From the NCBI GenBank assembly GCA_000442015.1, contig KE561096.1:45233-65232 (forward strand): 20,000 nucleotides of DNA, in the 5' to 3' direction. A program made the translations under genes and the position numbers. Shown piece after piece: positions 10,824-20,000 of the stretch; the stretch's first letter is position 1; each line of letters opens with the position of its first letter. The notes below the pieces were generated by a model. It saw nothing but the letters and a program-made list of their open reading frames with translations, did no database searches and was not told the DNA's origin. The stretch comes from Rozella allomycis CSF55. Lineage: Eukaryota.

Positions 10824-12315
10824 ATAAATTAATTAACTTTTTGACTAAGAATTCTTATTAAATGAAGTCGAAGATCTTTTTTATTAAATCTGTCTTCGTT
10901 GTAATCAATTATTTCTCAAAGAAGTAAAATATTTTATTTAATTCATTAAAATATTTATTAAGACCTCAAGCGCGTAGGAATTTGTCATCAGGATGTCTAT
11001 TTCTAAAAGCCCTTGGGCCTTGGTTCAAGTGTCAGTAAATTTAACAAATGTTGATAAACTCGATTCTTTCATAATGAGGCTCACCATTACGGCTTTATAA
11101 TTCTAAATAAGTGAACTAGAAAGACGCTTGGTTAAGAATGAAACACACAACAGTCCGACAGTCAGTCACTTACACAACTACTCCCTCCACAGCTACTCAA
11201 CTCATCAAAACGACGGGACAAAGCATTTCATAAAACTCCATGTGATGTGTTCATAAAGAAAGTAATGCAGGAAAAGATCTACTCTCTTCCGCGGTATTCC
11301 TTTCCTCAGTCTCCGCCTGAGGTTTTACCGGTGCCGCCTATGATCCGTCACTCTGACGGAATCAGTCTATAGGTGATTTGCCCATGTACATGGCAATCGC
11401 GATCTGGAAGATCCATCTTTGAATGGTTAACTGGATTAGGTGTGACAGTTCTCCTCAGAACTCAGTCACGTCCAGACATGGTTGCATTTTATGGTTATGC
11501 TGTTTTGATACCCATCCATAATGACCATTATGGATCCATAATTATAATTCTAAAACTAATCCTTTAATGCAAAACCAGATTTTATTTGTCGTTTTTCTTG
11601 TGGCGTACGATCTGACTGACTTCTTTAAAATTCCACATTGACCGATTTAGTTTCAAAAACATGAGCATTTCCAAATTACGTGGAGTCATTGCATTACCCA
11701 AATTCAACTTGCATTGGCTGAATAATCGTTCACATTGATTGGATGTTGGAGGAATAAATGTCAAAATCTTCATATTCGCTCTCATCGCGTTTCCGTTTTT
11801 TGCTTGCTGAAGTTTTGCGGCGGCAAACCCCAACTGCTTTTCCTCTTCAGGAGTGAGTTGAATTAAAGCACGACTAAATGGTACCAAAGTCTCTTTTTCT
11901 TCCATCGTGAGCATCTCTTCCTTTTTCCAATCACTTTCACTAGGGCATTCTCAAATGCAACATTGTGAACAATCTCCGCGTCAGTAGCCAAATAACCCCG
12001 CGTAGAAGGAAATTCTTCAATGACACTGTCAAAGAGAATTCTCACTTCTTCCATTGTCACATCACCTTGTAACGCGTTGGTGACAGAGTCCAATTTTGCC
12101 ATTACTTCTTTCATTTCTTGAATAACAATTTGCTTTTTTGGAGAAGGCAAACAATCAAAAAGATCTCGATCCATTTCATCAATAAATTCTTTTAGCTGAA
12201 TATATACCCTGGCCATTGTATATTTTTCATTCCATCTTGTATCATTGTCAATAACAGGACTTAGGTTTGTCTTGTGTCTCAATTTTCCCCAATGCTTCAA
12301 ACGTTTCAGTCTTTT

Positions 12316-12562
12316 CTCAAGTAATTTAGAAGAAAAACTAATAAATAAACTCCTAAGAGCAGTGAAAAACTTTTTTATTTTATTCAAGGGTCGCATTTAT
12401 ACCCCGACCCTGGCATCTCACTTCTTTCCCCAAATTTCCTTCACCTTTTGCGGCTGTGTTATACCAATAACATCGATATTTTTGCTAGATCTCTTGACTA
12501 CCTCACTAAATAATAGGCCGGAAGTGAGAGCAGCCGGATTGCTAACTCTTCCACTTCCAACA
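12316..12562 (-). mobile_element. LTR-like fragment inserted in the hAT transposase
   Basis: Removing it restores ...KLKELI-KRLKRLKHWGKLR. On the minus strand it starts TGTTGGAAG (copia-like LTR start), contains TATAAA (12401-12396) and then AATAAA signals (12384-12374). No terminal CA or TSD seen, so probably truncated. Confidence 0.6.
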
Positions 12563-12696
12563 TTATTAACTCCTTTAACTTAACCATAATTCCAGAATAT
12601 CTTTGGTCCAGCAGTTGTTGGACTGCAAGGTTGAAGCGGTGGGAGACACACCCCAATGAAGGTACGTTGAAGGCGTTGGCTATTGATTTCATGAGA

Positions 12697-12732
12697 TCAC
12701 AATTTACCCCAACGTCACAATTTACCCCAACG
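12697..12732. repeat. 18-bp perfect tandem duplication within the transposase (GVNCDV/GVNCDL)
   Basis: TCACAATTTACCCCAACG at 12697-12714 and 12715-12732. Confidence 0.95.
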
Positions 12733-12956
12733 ATAAATTGCACAAAGTCACGCCCTTTCCCATAGATTTCAAGAGTGGCCTCCAAAAATGCAAAATGACT
12801 TTCCGTATCCAACGCTTCTTCATTCAGTAAGGGAGCCAAGGCCAAAAGCGTCAATGGTAAACGCGGTGTCACGGAAAAAGACCCACATAGTGATTTCCCG
12901 AATCTGTCCACTGATCGAACATTAATCCTCCTTTGTCAGGCAATTCTTTACTAATT

Positions 12957-13045
12957 TTTTCTTCCACAGACGCTACCAATAAATGTGCATATTGCACTTT
13001 TGATCTTTTCTTCCACAGACGCTACCAATAAATGTGCATATTGCA
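12957..13045. repeat. 40-bp direct repeat with 49-bp period that frameshifts the transposase
   Basis: TTTTCTTCCACAGACGCTACCAATAAATGTGCATATTGCA at 12957-12996 and 13006-13045; QYAHLLVASVEEKI appears twice in different frames. Confidence 0.95.
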
Positions 13046-13561
13046 GAAAAGTATCAGAGTCCATTTTCTTCAATCGTGAATACTGTAGGAACAAAGGGTC
13101 TTCGCAAGAGGTATATGGTAGCGTACTTTTTCCAGTCAAAAGATCCAACCATCCAAACACATTTCTTTCTTTTTCAGTCGAAGATGGTATTTTTATTTCT
13201 TCTTTCCAATTCGGATGTTCTTTTTCAATGTGCTGCACAAGATTGGCGTACCTCTTGTTCTTCACTTGTTTTCGCTCAGATAAACAAAATCTACACTTCC
13301 ATCGGTCTTCACCCATTGATTCAAAGTAAAACTTCGCTTTTTCACTGTTTGAGTAAGAGAGATTCATTGACAACAGTTTTTTTCACACCCAACCCTTGTA
13401 TTATGTAACCGTCATGGGTTGGTCCCAGTCCATTATGGTATGGCCATAATGGAATCATTATTTTTTTCGGAACTTCATACGTCGATTATTTGATTTTTGA
13501 AAGACAAGAAGCTTAAAAATTACACTTTGCATTTTTATTTTTTTAATAATTGCTCAAGGGG

Positions 13562-14713
13562 TTAACAATCACCAAATAATTCGTCTACGTACCAAAGCAA
13601 AGGATCGTCAGCGAGAATAGGATACAGAAACTCTGAAGATACAAAATTATCTTTTTCCAGCAGAAAAATGTGATTTGTGTTACAATAATGGTCCTTTAGA
13701 GTATCTGAATTTTTAAACTTTGTATTGCAAGTAATGCACGATAATTCACTAGTTTTCCTTCTGATATAATTGATTAGCTTTATGCGTTCATAAACATCCA
13801 AACCTAGTCTGTAAATTTAAGTTTTAATACCTTTTGCAATCACAAATTCTTTAATGTCAAATTTAAATTCATCTTTCACTTCCATGATTGCATCAAATGG
13901 AGTGTCAAAGTATCTTTGTCCAAAAAGACTCAAAGTTTGAGCTTCCTTTGAATTATCCCACCAATCTTCCCAAGTTTCCTTTTCACTTAAAATCTCTTGT
14001 TCATCATTCAAGTTAATCTCTTTTTTAAGCTCTACATAGTTTCTAAAATAGAATTTATCATAAATTAAATTCTTGCTTGAAATTTTAAAATGTTTTTTCT
14101 TTCTCAGGTGATTTCTAAGAACAGTAAAACTTGGAAAGGTTTTCTCACAGTAAATACACTTCAAACTAATCTCAATTTCATGTCACAATATTTACTCGTC
14201 TAACTTCTTTTTTAGAAGACTCATAAAGTCATCAAAGAGAACTATATTGTCAGGAGCACCGATGTTGAAGGAGTGTTCAATATACATATGCCTCACATAT
14301 GATCTTTTATTAGTAAACACCTTCTTACAAAAAAGACATTGTCGGGCTTTAGTTTCAATACGTTCTTCTTCTTGTCTGTGTAGCAGTTTATCTAGTTTCT
14401 CTTTGTGTAGTTCATTTCTCAAAATTAAATCATTGCCAGCAGGCCCAGCACCTAGAATTGTGATTTCTCCTTCAAAACTATCGATTCCTTTGCACTTGTA
14501 ATAATCTATATATTCTTGAAGAAAAGGTAAAACATCTTCTACATTGTTCACCGCTATTCTATGAATATCAAAAAGATGTTTTAGAAAGCCCCAACTTGAA
14601 TCAAAGCTTGTGTTGTTTTGACAAATTTCAAAGGTACAAATATATTTATCAGAGAAACTTGTCATTGAAGAGGGTGCCAAATCATAATAAAATGCGGCAT
14701 TCTCTGAACTCAT
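13562..14713 (-). CDS. ZNF277: ZNF277-like C2H2 zinc-finger protein
   Basis: Exons 14713-14196, 14165-13831, 13803-13562 with introns 14195-14166 and 13830-13804. Family motifs CLFC...HMYIEHSFNIGAPDNIV, CIYCEKTF...LRNHLRKKKHFKI...YDKFYFRNY, LDVYERIKLINYIRR, YPILADDPLL. Confidence 0.85.
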
Positions 14714-14956
14714 AAACTATATTTTGATCCTCATGCGCCACTTCAAATCAAGCGTAAATTTCGAGTTCACAACGTTTAAATTCTTCTTGGTGTCTATATT
14801 ACTATCATGATTTGAACTTTGATACTTAGTCCGTTTAATTAAATTGAACATTATCGTAATATCAGGCTTTGGTGTTGATGAATGGATTGTATAAATATAA
14901 AAATATGATAAAATTAAAGCATATATTTACCATCATTTGTTAATTTTGTTTTATTA

Positions 14957-15229
14957 TTAGAGATCAAGGTCACCAAACTTTTCCTTAAAGGACTTGATAT
15001 TTTCTGATTCTCCGGGTCCATTTGTCTTATTATCTTTAGTGTTCCAAGTTGGATGATTAAATGAGTCTTGTGTCAAAATAACATAAGGTTTTAAACTCGA
15101 AAGTGATAAAATTTCCATTGTTGCTCCATTTGTCAAAGTAATTTTTTGCTTGAAATGATTGGGGTACCTGACCTCCACGCCTCTGATTACTTTTAAATAC
15201 TGACTACCAATACGATTCTGAATAGACAT
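14957..15229 (-). CDS. MRPL36: Mitochondrial ribosomal protein bL31m (Mrpl36-like)
   Basis: FKQKITLTNGATMEILSLSSLKPYVILTQDSFNHPTWN matches the L31 pattern (..LTNGAT...L..D..NHP.WN); C-terminal FKEKFG. Likely start ATG 15229; upstream in-frame ATGs near 15277 overlap the neighbouring gene. Confidence 0.75.
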   Translation of the reverse strand: MSIQNRIGSQYLKVIRGVEVRYPNHFKQKITLTNGATMEILSLSSLKPYVILTQDSFNHPTWNTKDNKTNGPGESENIKSFKEKFGDLDL

Positions 15230-15249
15230 TCGAAAATTCCGTTTTAGAA

Positions 15250-15849
15250 ATGTCACATTATCGGTGTTTTTCATCATTTAAAGTAAGGGGATCTTGTTAC
15301 GAAAATGTTGTTGCTTCAAAACTAAAAGATCTTAGTTTCGAATTAACGGTTACCGGAAAGTCTGGTGACAAGGGAATAGACCTGAAAGGGTTCTGGGCTC
15401 TGCAAAGTGAAAAAATCCCAATAGCCGTTCAATGCAAATGCACCTCAAAGCCTATATCTGTTAGTGTTCTTCGCGAATTTGAAGGGGCTCTTTGTACATA
15501 CCAAGTTATTAATCCGATAGGTATAATTGCAGTGACTACCAGACCGACGAAAAGTGCCATCGAATATATGATGTCTTCCAGGCTCTCATTGATGTATTTA
15601 TGTATTGATTACTACGGAAATTTCTTTTCTTGTTTAATGAATCCAAAGTTCTGTCAAGCACTTCCTGAACTTACAGTTCTACAACCAATCGCCTTTGATT
15701 CGAAAGGATCAGAGCCAAAATTCATGTACCGCAATACACTTTTAAATAAATTATCAATACACTGCATTTATTTCATGCGTAGTATTTTTGTTTACCAACC
15801 CCTGTTGTCATTGCAAAATGAGTTCCCCAAGAAGGCGACTAGAGACTGA
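15250..15849 (+). CDS. Mrr-like PD-(D/E)xK nuclease-fold protein, RRG7/DUF2034-like (putatively mitochondrial)
   Basis: RGSCYE...LTVTGKSGDKGIDLKGFW...IAVQCK...VSVLREFEG is the Mrr_cat-type D...QCK signature. The 3' end is uncertain because the ORF runs into UBC8. Confidence 0.75.
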   Translation: MSHYRCFSSFKVRGSCYENVVASKLKDLSFELTVTGKSGDKGIDLKGFWALQSEKIPIAVQCKCTSKPISVSVLREFEGALCTYQVINPIGIIAVTTRPTKSAIEYMMSSRLSLMYLCIDYYGNFFSCLMNPKFCQALPELTVLQPIAFDSKGSEPKFMYRNTLLNKLSIHCIYFMRSIFVYQPLLSLQNEFPKKATRD

Positions 15850-16510
15850 TATGATGAAACTGTAAACTGATAGAAATTAATTAAATTAGACTTATGAGTG
15901 ATTACGAAGTATCACTAGTAAACGACAATATGCAAGAATTTTATATCAAGTTTCATGGGCCTGAAGGAAGTAAATCATGCAGATAATATAAAAGGCAGCC
16001 CCTTACTCTGAAGGAGTGTGGAAAATACATGTAGAAATACCAGACCAATATCCATATAAGTCTCCCTCAATAGGATTCGTTAACAAAATCTTTCATCCAA
16101 ATGTAGATGAAATGTAAATGATAAAGAGTTTTATAATTATAGGAGTGGATCTGTTTGCTTAGATGTAATTAATCAAACCTGGAGCCCTATGTTTGGTAAC
16201 CATTCATTAAATAACAGTAGATTAGATATGATAAACATTTTTGAAGTATTTTTGCCTCAACTGCTTAGATATCCTAACCCAACTGATCCTCTAGTACGTT
16301 TTATATTGTTGGTGTAGTTAGAATGGAGAAGCTGCCGCTCTGTTATTGAGGGAACCAAGCTCTTATGAAACCAAAGTTAAAGAGTATATTAAAAGATTTG
16401 CAACAAAAGAAGCAATTGAAGCTGCTGAAAATCAAGCCGAAGAAGGCGGAGACGATGATCTAGAAGAAGACTCATTTTCGGACGATGATGCTCCAGGAAT
16501 GGAATTGTAA
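15818..16510 (+). CDS. UBC8: Ubiquitin-conjugating enzyme E2 (Ubc8/UBE2H), 182 aa; absent from the ORF track because of five introns
   Basis: Exons 15818-15861, 15890-15969, 15999-16113, 16143-16195, 16226-16293, 16322-16510 (549 nt). Spliced protein [39 protein letters not shown]...[40 protein letters not shown]...[22 protein letters not shown] with an acidic tail. Confidence 0.95.
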
Positions 16511-16566
16511 TATAAATTTAAAATCAGTTTTTATTGAATGCGTTGCTTTTCTTCGATGCTTTATAT

Positions 16567-17561
16567 TTAAATGTCTTCTTCTGTCAAGTCCTTTCTTAAA
16601 CGTAAGTCTCCTGAACTATTTAAGACATCGATGGGTACTAGAGCGGATTTAATTTCGCCATCATCTGAGTAGTCTAAATCTGAAAGAACATTTATTTGAT
16701 AACGAAACACATTCGGCCTCGTTAATTTTTGTTTAATGACATTCCTCAATTTAATTCGAATTAACCTAGACAACTTGGCGACATCTTTTAATTTTGTTTT
16801 ATTTCCTATTAGAGATCCTATCCCTATGTCTATAAACGGTTCTTCTGAAAAACAAAATTCAAAAAAGGTCTGTGACCCAACATTTGCAAAATTTATGATT
16901 GCCTGTATGAAATTAAGAATAATTATACCTTCCCCTTAACTTCATTTAGTTTAAAGAATAAAGATATTGGTAATGTTGCGGAAGAAGCTTGTGGCCAATT
17001 CAATATCAATTCTGTTTCTATACCAATATTGGCACAATCTTTTACAGAAAACAAAATTTCGTAGTCCTATCCTAAAAACAATCAAGCTCATACAACATTC
17101 TTTGTTTCCTTTAGCGTACCAATTTTATCTGGCACTCGAGAACACTCAGATATTTTTTCAATTCTTGGCGGGCTTTTACCAAATTCCAAATTTGTGATAA
17201 CAAACCTTCCCAGATAGGATAGTCTTTCATTGTTAAGAATTTCATCCATTTTTTCAATTAGTAGATTTTGCAACTTGGAAGAAGTTTTGAATCGAAATAA
17301 AATTGATCTGACCAAACTATTAAGCCATTCAATGGTATCTGGATTTTCAGTATCATCTTCATTATACATGCTGGAATCAATGACATCTGAAACCTGGTTA
17401 ATCATTCTGAACAAATATACCAAATTACAATCGCGAACTGTTAACCTTTGAGGCCTCTCACGATCAGATGGACTAAGGAAAAGATAATGAAAAATTCCTC
17501 CTAGTATCATAAATATAAACAGACTCCCAAATATGAAGCCCAGATAAAATTCACTTGTCAT
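16567..17561 (-). CDS. MMM1: ERMES SMP-domain subunit Mmm1
   Basis: N-terminal TM FYLGFIFGSLFIFMILGGIFHYLF; SMP motifs DTIEWLNSLV, LEFGKSPPRI, IETELILNWPQ..ATLPISL, SLIGNKTKLKDVAKLSRLI...LTRPN. Introns 17093-17067, 16928-16903 and a probable in-frame one at 17420-17394. Confidence 0.85.
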
Positions 17562-17908
17562 AGGGATTTACGGGTTTCTGAATTTTGCAAAATTCTTACG
17601 AAAGTGGTTTTATTTAAAAAAAATCCCGTATTCAGTTTCAAGAGGATGCTGTTTATAAAGCTCAATTCTTTGATAGGTAAAAGTGAAGATCAGGGGAGCC
17701 AGGCATGAGCACTTTTTCCCGCCAATTTTAACAACCAATAGAAGTAACTCGCGCCTTATCCCTTCGTGCCAAAATTTGAATCTGAAATTTCAAAAGAAAC
17801 TATATATCTATCAATTCTGAAAATTTAATTAATCAATAAAAAATGTTGATATATTTAAAAAAAAATCTTTTTCGAATAAATCACCGTTTTATTTGAATTA
17901 AAGCATTT

Positions 17909-17909
17909 N
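17909..17909. other. Single N, probable scaffold join
   Basis: n at 17909; the duplicated segment begins immediately after it. Confidence 0.85.
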
Positions 17910-17910
17910 C

Positions 17911-18526
17911 TACTTTGAGATACCCGGCCATACAGCTAGCTACTCAGTTCAAAAAACCATATTACCAGATGGCTGATCATGAGTCTCGGCATTGATTAAA
18001 GATATCTGTGCAAATGGAGAGGTCATTTGATGTACTCCTGAAAGTGGTTTACAAAATATGCCATCCTAAACGTACACATTTAGGCTACACCACCATTGCC
18101 AGCACCGTCGCCGAAAGCTAGCGCTGTAATGGCGTAGAATAAGACAGCATATTCGTACCAAACCAATTACACACAAAACACAAAACAATCTTTTTCGCGT
18201 CACATTGATGTACTTTAGCCGGCATCGATGCGAGGTCGGTCATTCACTCCTAATTATTCAAAGAATAAAGTCAGCTAACTCCAACCAGAAATTATCCAGG
18301 AGTCCAGGCATACAAAATTTTGACTCACAAGATGGAATTAACGAAAAATTCAATTGCATTTATCTTTTGACACGCCTTCTAAAGTATTTATATTTCATTT
18401 ATGAATGTAGTATGTACAACAAGTATAAGTAAAATTTGTGAACATATTTATTTAGGCGCTACAGCCAGGGTTGCTGTAATTTCCACACCTTTGGAAATTA
18501 TGGGCGGGATGGTGAGTTTAAAAGAC
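17911..18526 (+). repeat. Copy 1 of a ~620-bp diverged direct duplication (alpha-tubulin upstream region)
   Basis: Colinear with 19379-20000, e.g. ACCAGATGGCTGATCATGAGTCTC, TCCAGGCATACAAAATTTTGACTCACAAGATGGAATTAACGAAAAATTCAATTGC, CCTTTGGAAATTATGGGCGGGATGGTGAGTTTAAAAGAC, with scattered substitutions and indels. Confidence 0.95.
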
Positions 18527-18561
18527 GGGATGAATTATTTCCCCAAGCCTGCCCTTCCTAA

Positions 18562-18971
<410 letters not shown>

Positions 18972-18972
18972 N
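18972..18972. other. Single N, probable scaffold join
   Basis: n at 18972 coincides with abrupt loss of tubulin homology. Confidence 0.85.
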
Positions 18973-19378
18973 AAATTTGCGGCAAAAATGTCACGTACAT
19001 TATTTACGATCTAGCTAAGAACAGAAGAAATTCTCAAAAGATATCTAGGGCGGTAATATTTGCCTTTACTGTGTCAAAGGTGTTCATTGAGTTCAATTAC
19101 CAGGGTATCCTGGTGGCTGATTGGCTCCCCTGGGACGACTTAGAAATTTCCAAAAATATTGGCTCCCCTGATCTTCAGTTTTACCCTTTAATGTTTCCAA
19201 GAGGGATTGTTTCCATCCCAAGGCACAAATAATAGTATTCTCAAACCTCACATTTCGTCACCAAATCGAACTAATCATTAATGGCGAGCGAATACCGCAA
19301 TAGGTTTTGCAATTGGAATGAGTACAATTAAATCCCTTAACGAGGAATAATTGGAATATGACATATATTAATAGTTAA

Positions 19379-20000
19379 TACTTTGAGCTACCTGGCGTCC
19401 TGGCCATCAAAAAAACCATACCAGATGGCTGATCATGAGTCTCAGCATTGACGCAAGATATCTGTGCAAATGGAGAGGTCATTTGATGTACTCCTGAAAG
19501 TGATTTACAAAATATGCCATCGTAAACGTACAAAGTTAGGCTACACCGACACCACCATTGCCAGCACTGTCGCAGCTGTAATGGCGTAGAATAAGACAGC
19601 ATATTTGTACCAGATCAATTACACACAACACACAAAACAATCTTTTTCGCGTCACGTTGATGTACTTTAGCCGGCATCGATGCGAGGTGGGTCTTTCACT
19701 CCTAAATATTCGAAGAATAAAGTCAGCTAACTCCAAACAGAAACTATGCAGGCCTCCAGGCATACAAAATTTTGACTCACAAGATGGAATTAACGAAAAA
19801 TTCAATTGCATTTATCTTTTGACACGCCTTCTAAAGTATTAAAATTTCATTTATGATTGTAGCATGTACAATAAGTATAAATAAAATGTGATCATATTTA
19901 AATTTTTTCCCTTCGTTTGAACATTGTAAGCGCTTCAGCCAGGGTTGCTGTAATTTCCATGCCTTTGGAAATTATGGGCGGGATGGTGAGTTTAAAAGAC
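19379..20000 (+). repeat. Copy 2 of the ~620-bp duplication; runs off the window end
   Basis: Colinear with 17911-18526, with an extra ~30 bp near 19900-19930. In copy 1 the tubulin ATG follows about 54 bp after the point where this copy leaves the window. Confidence 0.95.

Larger units (their letters stand above)
11582..13367 (-). pseudogene. hAT transposase pseudogene (BED zinc finger, DDE core, C-terminal dimerisation region)
   Basis: BED finger WKCRFC...NLVQHIEKEHP. First catalytic Asp in LMFDQWTD (alternative frame near 12900-12925). Expected GDN reads GVN. CxxH motif GCVSHRFNLAV, DTRWN, and catalytic Glu in TSNQCERLFS. Broken by several frameshifts, two duplications and a ~250-bp insertion. 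Confidence 0.9.
11473..13461 (-). mobile_element. Decayed hAT-superfamily DNA transposon
   Basis: Contains a fragmented hAT transposase. Both flanks carry clustered CCATAATG/CATTATGG motifs (11514-11543 and 13430-13461). Candidate left terminus CAGACATGGTTGC at 11473; no matching right TIR found, so the ends are approximate. Confidence 0.8.

Noticed and set aside
11010..11040. Weak resemblance to the U2 snRNA 5' region (GGCCTTGGTTCAAGTGTCAGTA)
   Set aside because: Branch-pairing GTAGTA is not intact and the flanking conserved U2 sequence and Sm site are absent.
11465..13483. 8-bp TSD for the hAT element (GTCACGTC versus CATACGTC)
   Set aside because: Only 5/8 match and no adjacent right TIR complementary to CAGACATGG.
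15250..15849. Mrr-like nuclease as a prokaryote-style defence system
   Set aside because: No methyltransferase or partner genes; it sits among housekeeping genes and fits the known eukaryotic RRG7/DUF2034-type family.
897..17451. Many antisense or alternate-frame ORFs in the track (e.g. 897-1133, 1369-1689, 4665-5066, 12245-12583, 12985-13408, 14247-14501, 17230-17451)
   Set aside because: Shadows of well-supported genes or the transposase, with no protein-like features.
18973..19014. Novel C-terminal extension on alpha-tubulin (KFAAKMSRTLFTI)
   Set aside because: Artefact of reading through the N at 18972.

Overview
AT-rich, gene-dense eukaryotic genomic DNA. The gene content (MMM1, fungal-type bL31m, UBC8, SWEET) and very short GT-AG introns suggest an early-diverging fungus such as a Rozella/Cryptomycota-like lineage; this is inference. 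All 18 introns I could reconstruct are 26-30 nt. Genes in order: 3' part of a C2+MHD2 Munc13-like gene; two tandem, distantly paralogous orphan type-I membrane proteins; an unknown 4-exon gene; a SWEET sugar transporter; a BAH-domain gene; ZNF277-like; mitochondrial bL31m; an Mrr-like/RRG7-type nuclease-fold gene; UBC8; MMM1; and an alpha-tubulin cut off at an assembly N. Non-genic structure: (1) a ~2.2-kb compositionally foreign, ORF-less block (~7400-9620); (2) a decayed hAT transposon carrying a nested LTR-like fragment and two internal duplications; (3) a 26-bp terminal-inverted-repeat pair with a degenerate 8-bp target-site duplication enclosing the tubulin fragment across two N gaps; (4) a ~620-bp diverged duplication of the tubulin upstream region. 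I cannot demonstrate a complete novel biological system from the sequence. The best leads are the TIR-bounded tubulin segment, the orphan surface-protein pair and the unexplained foreign block.
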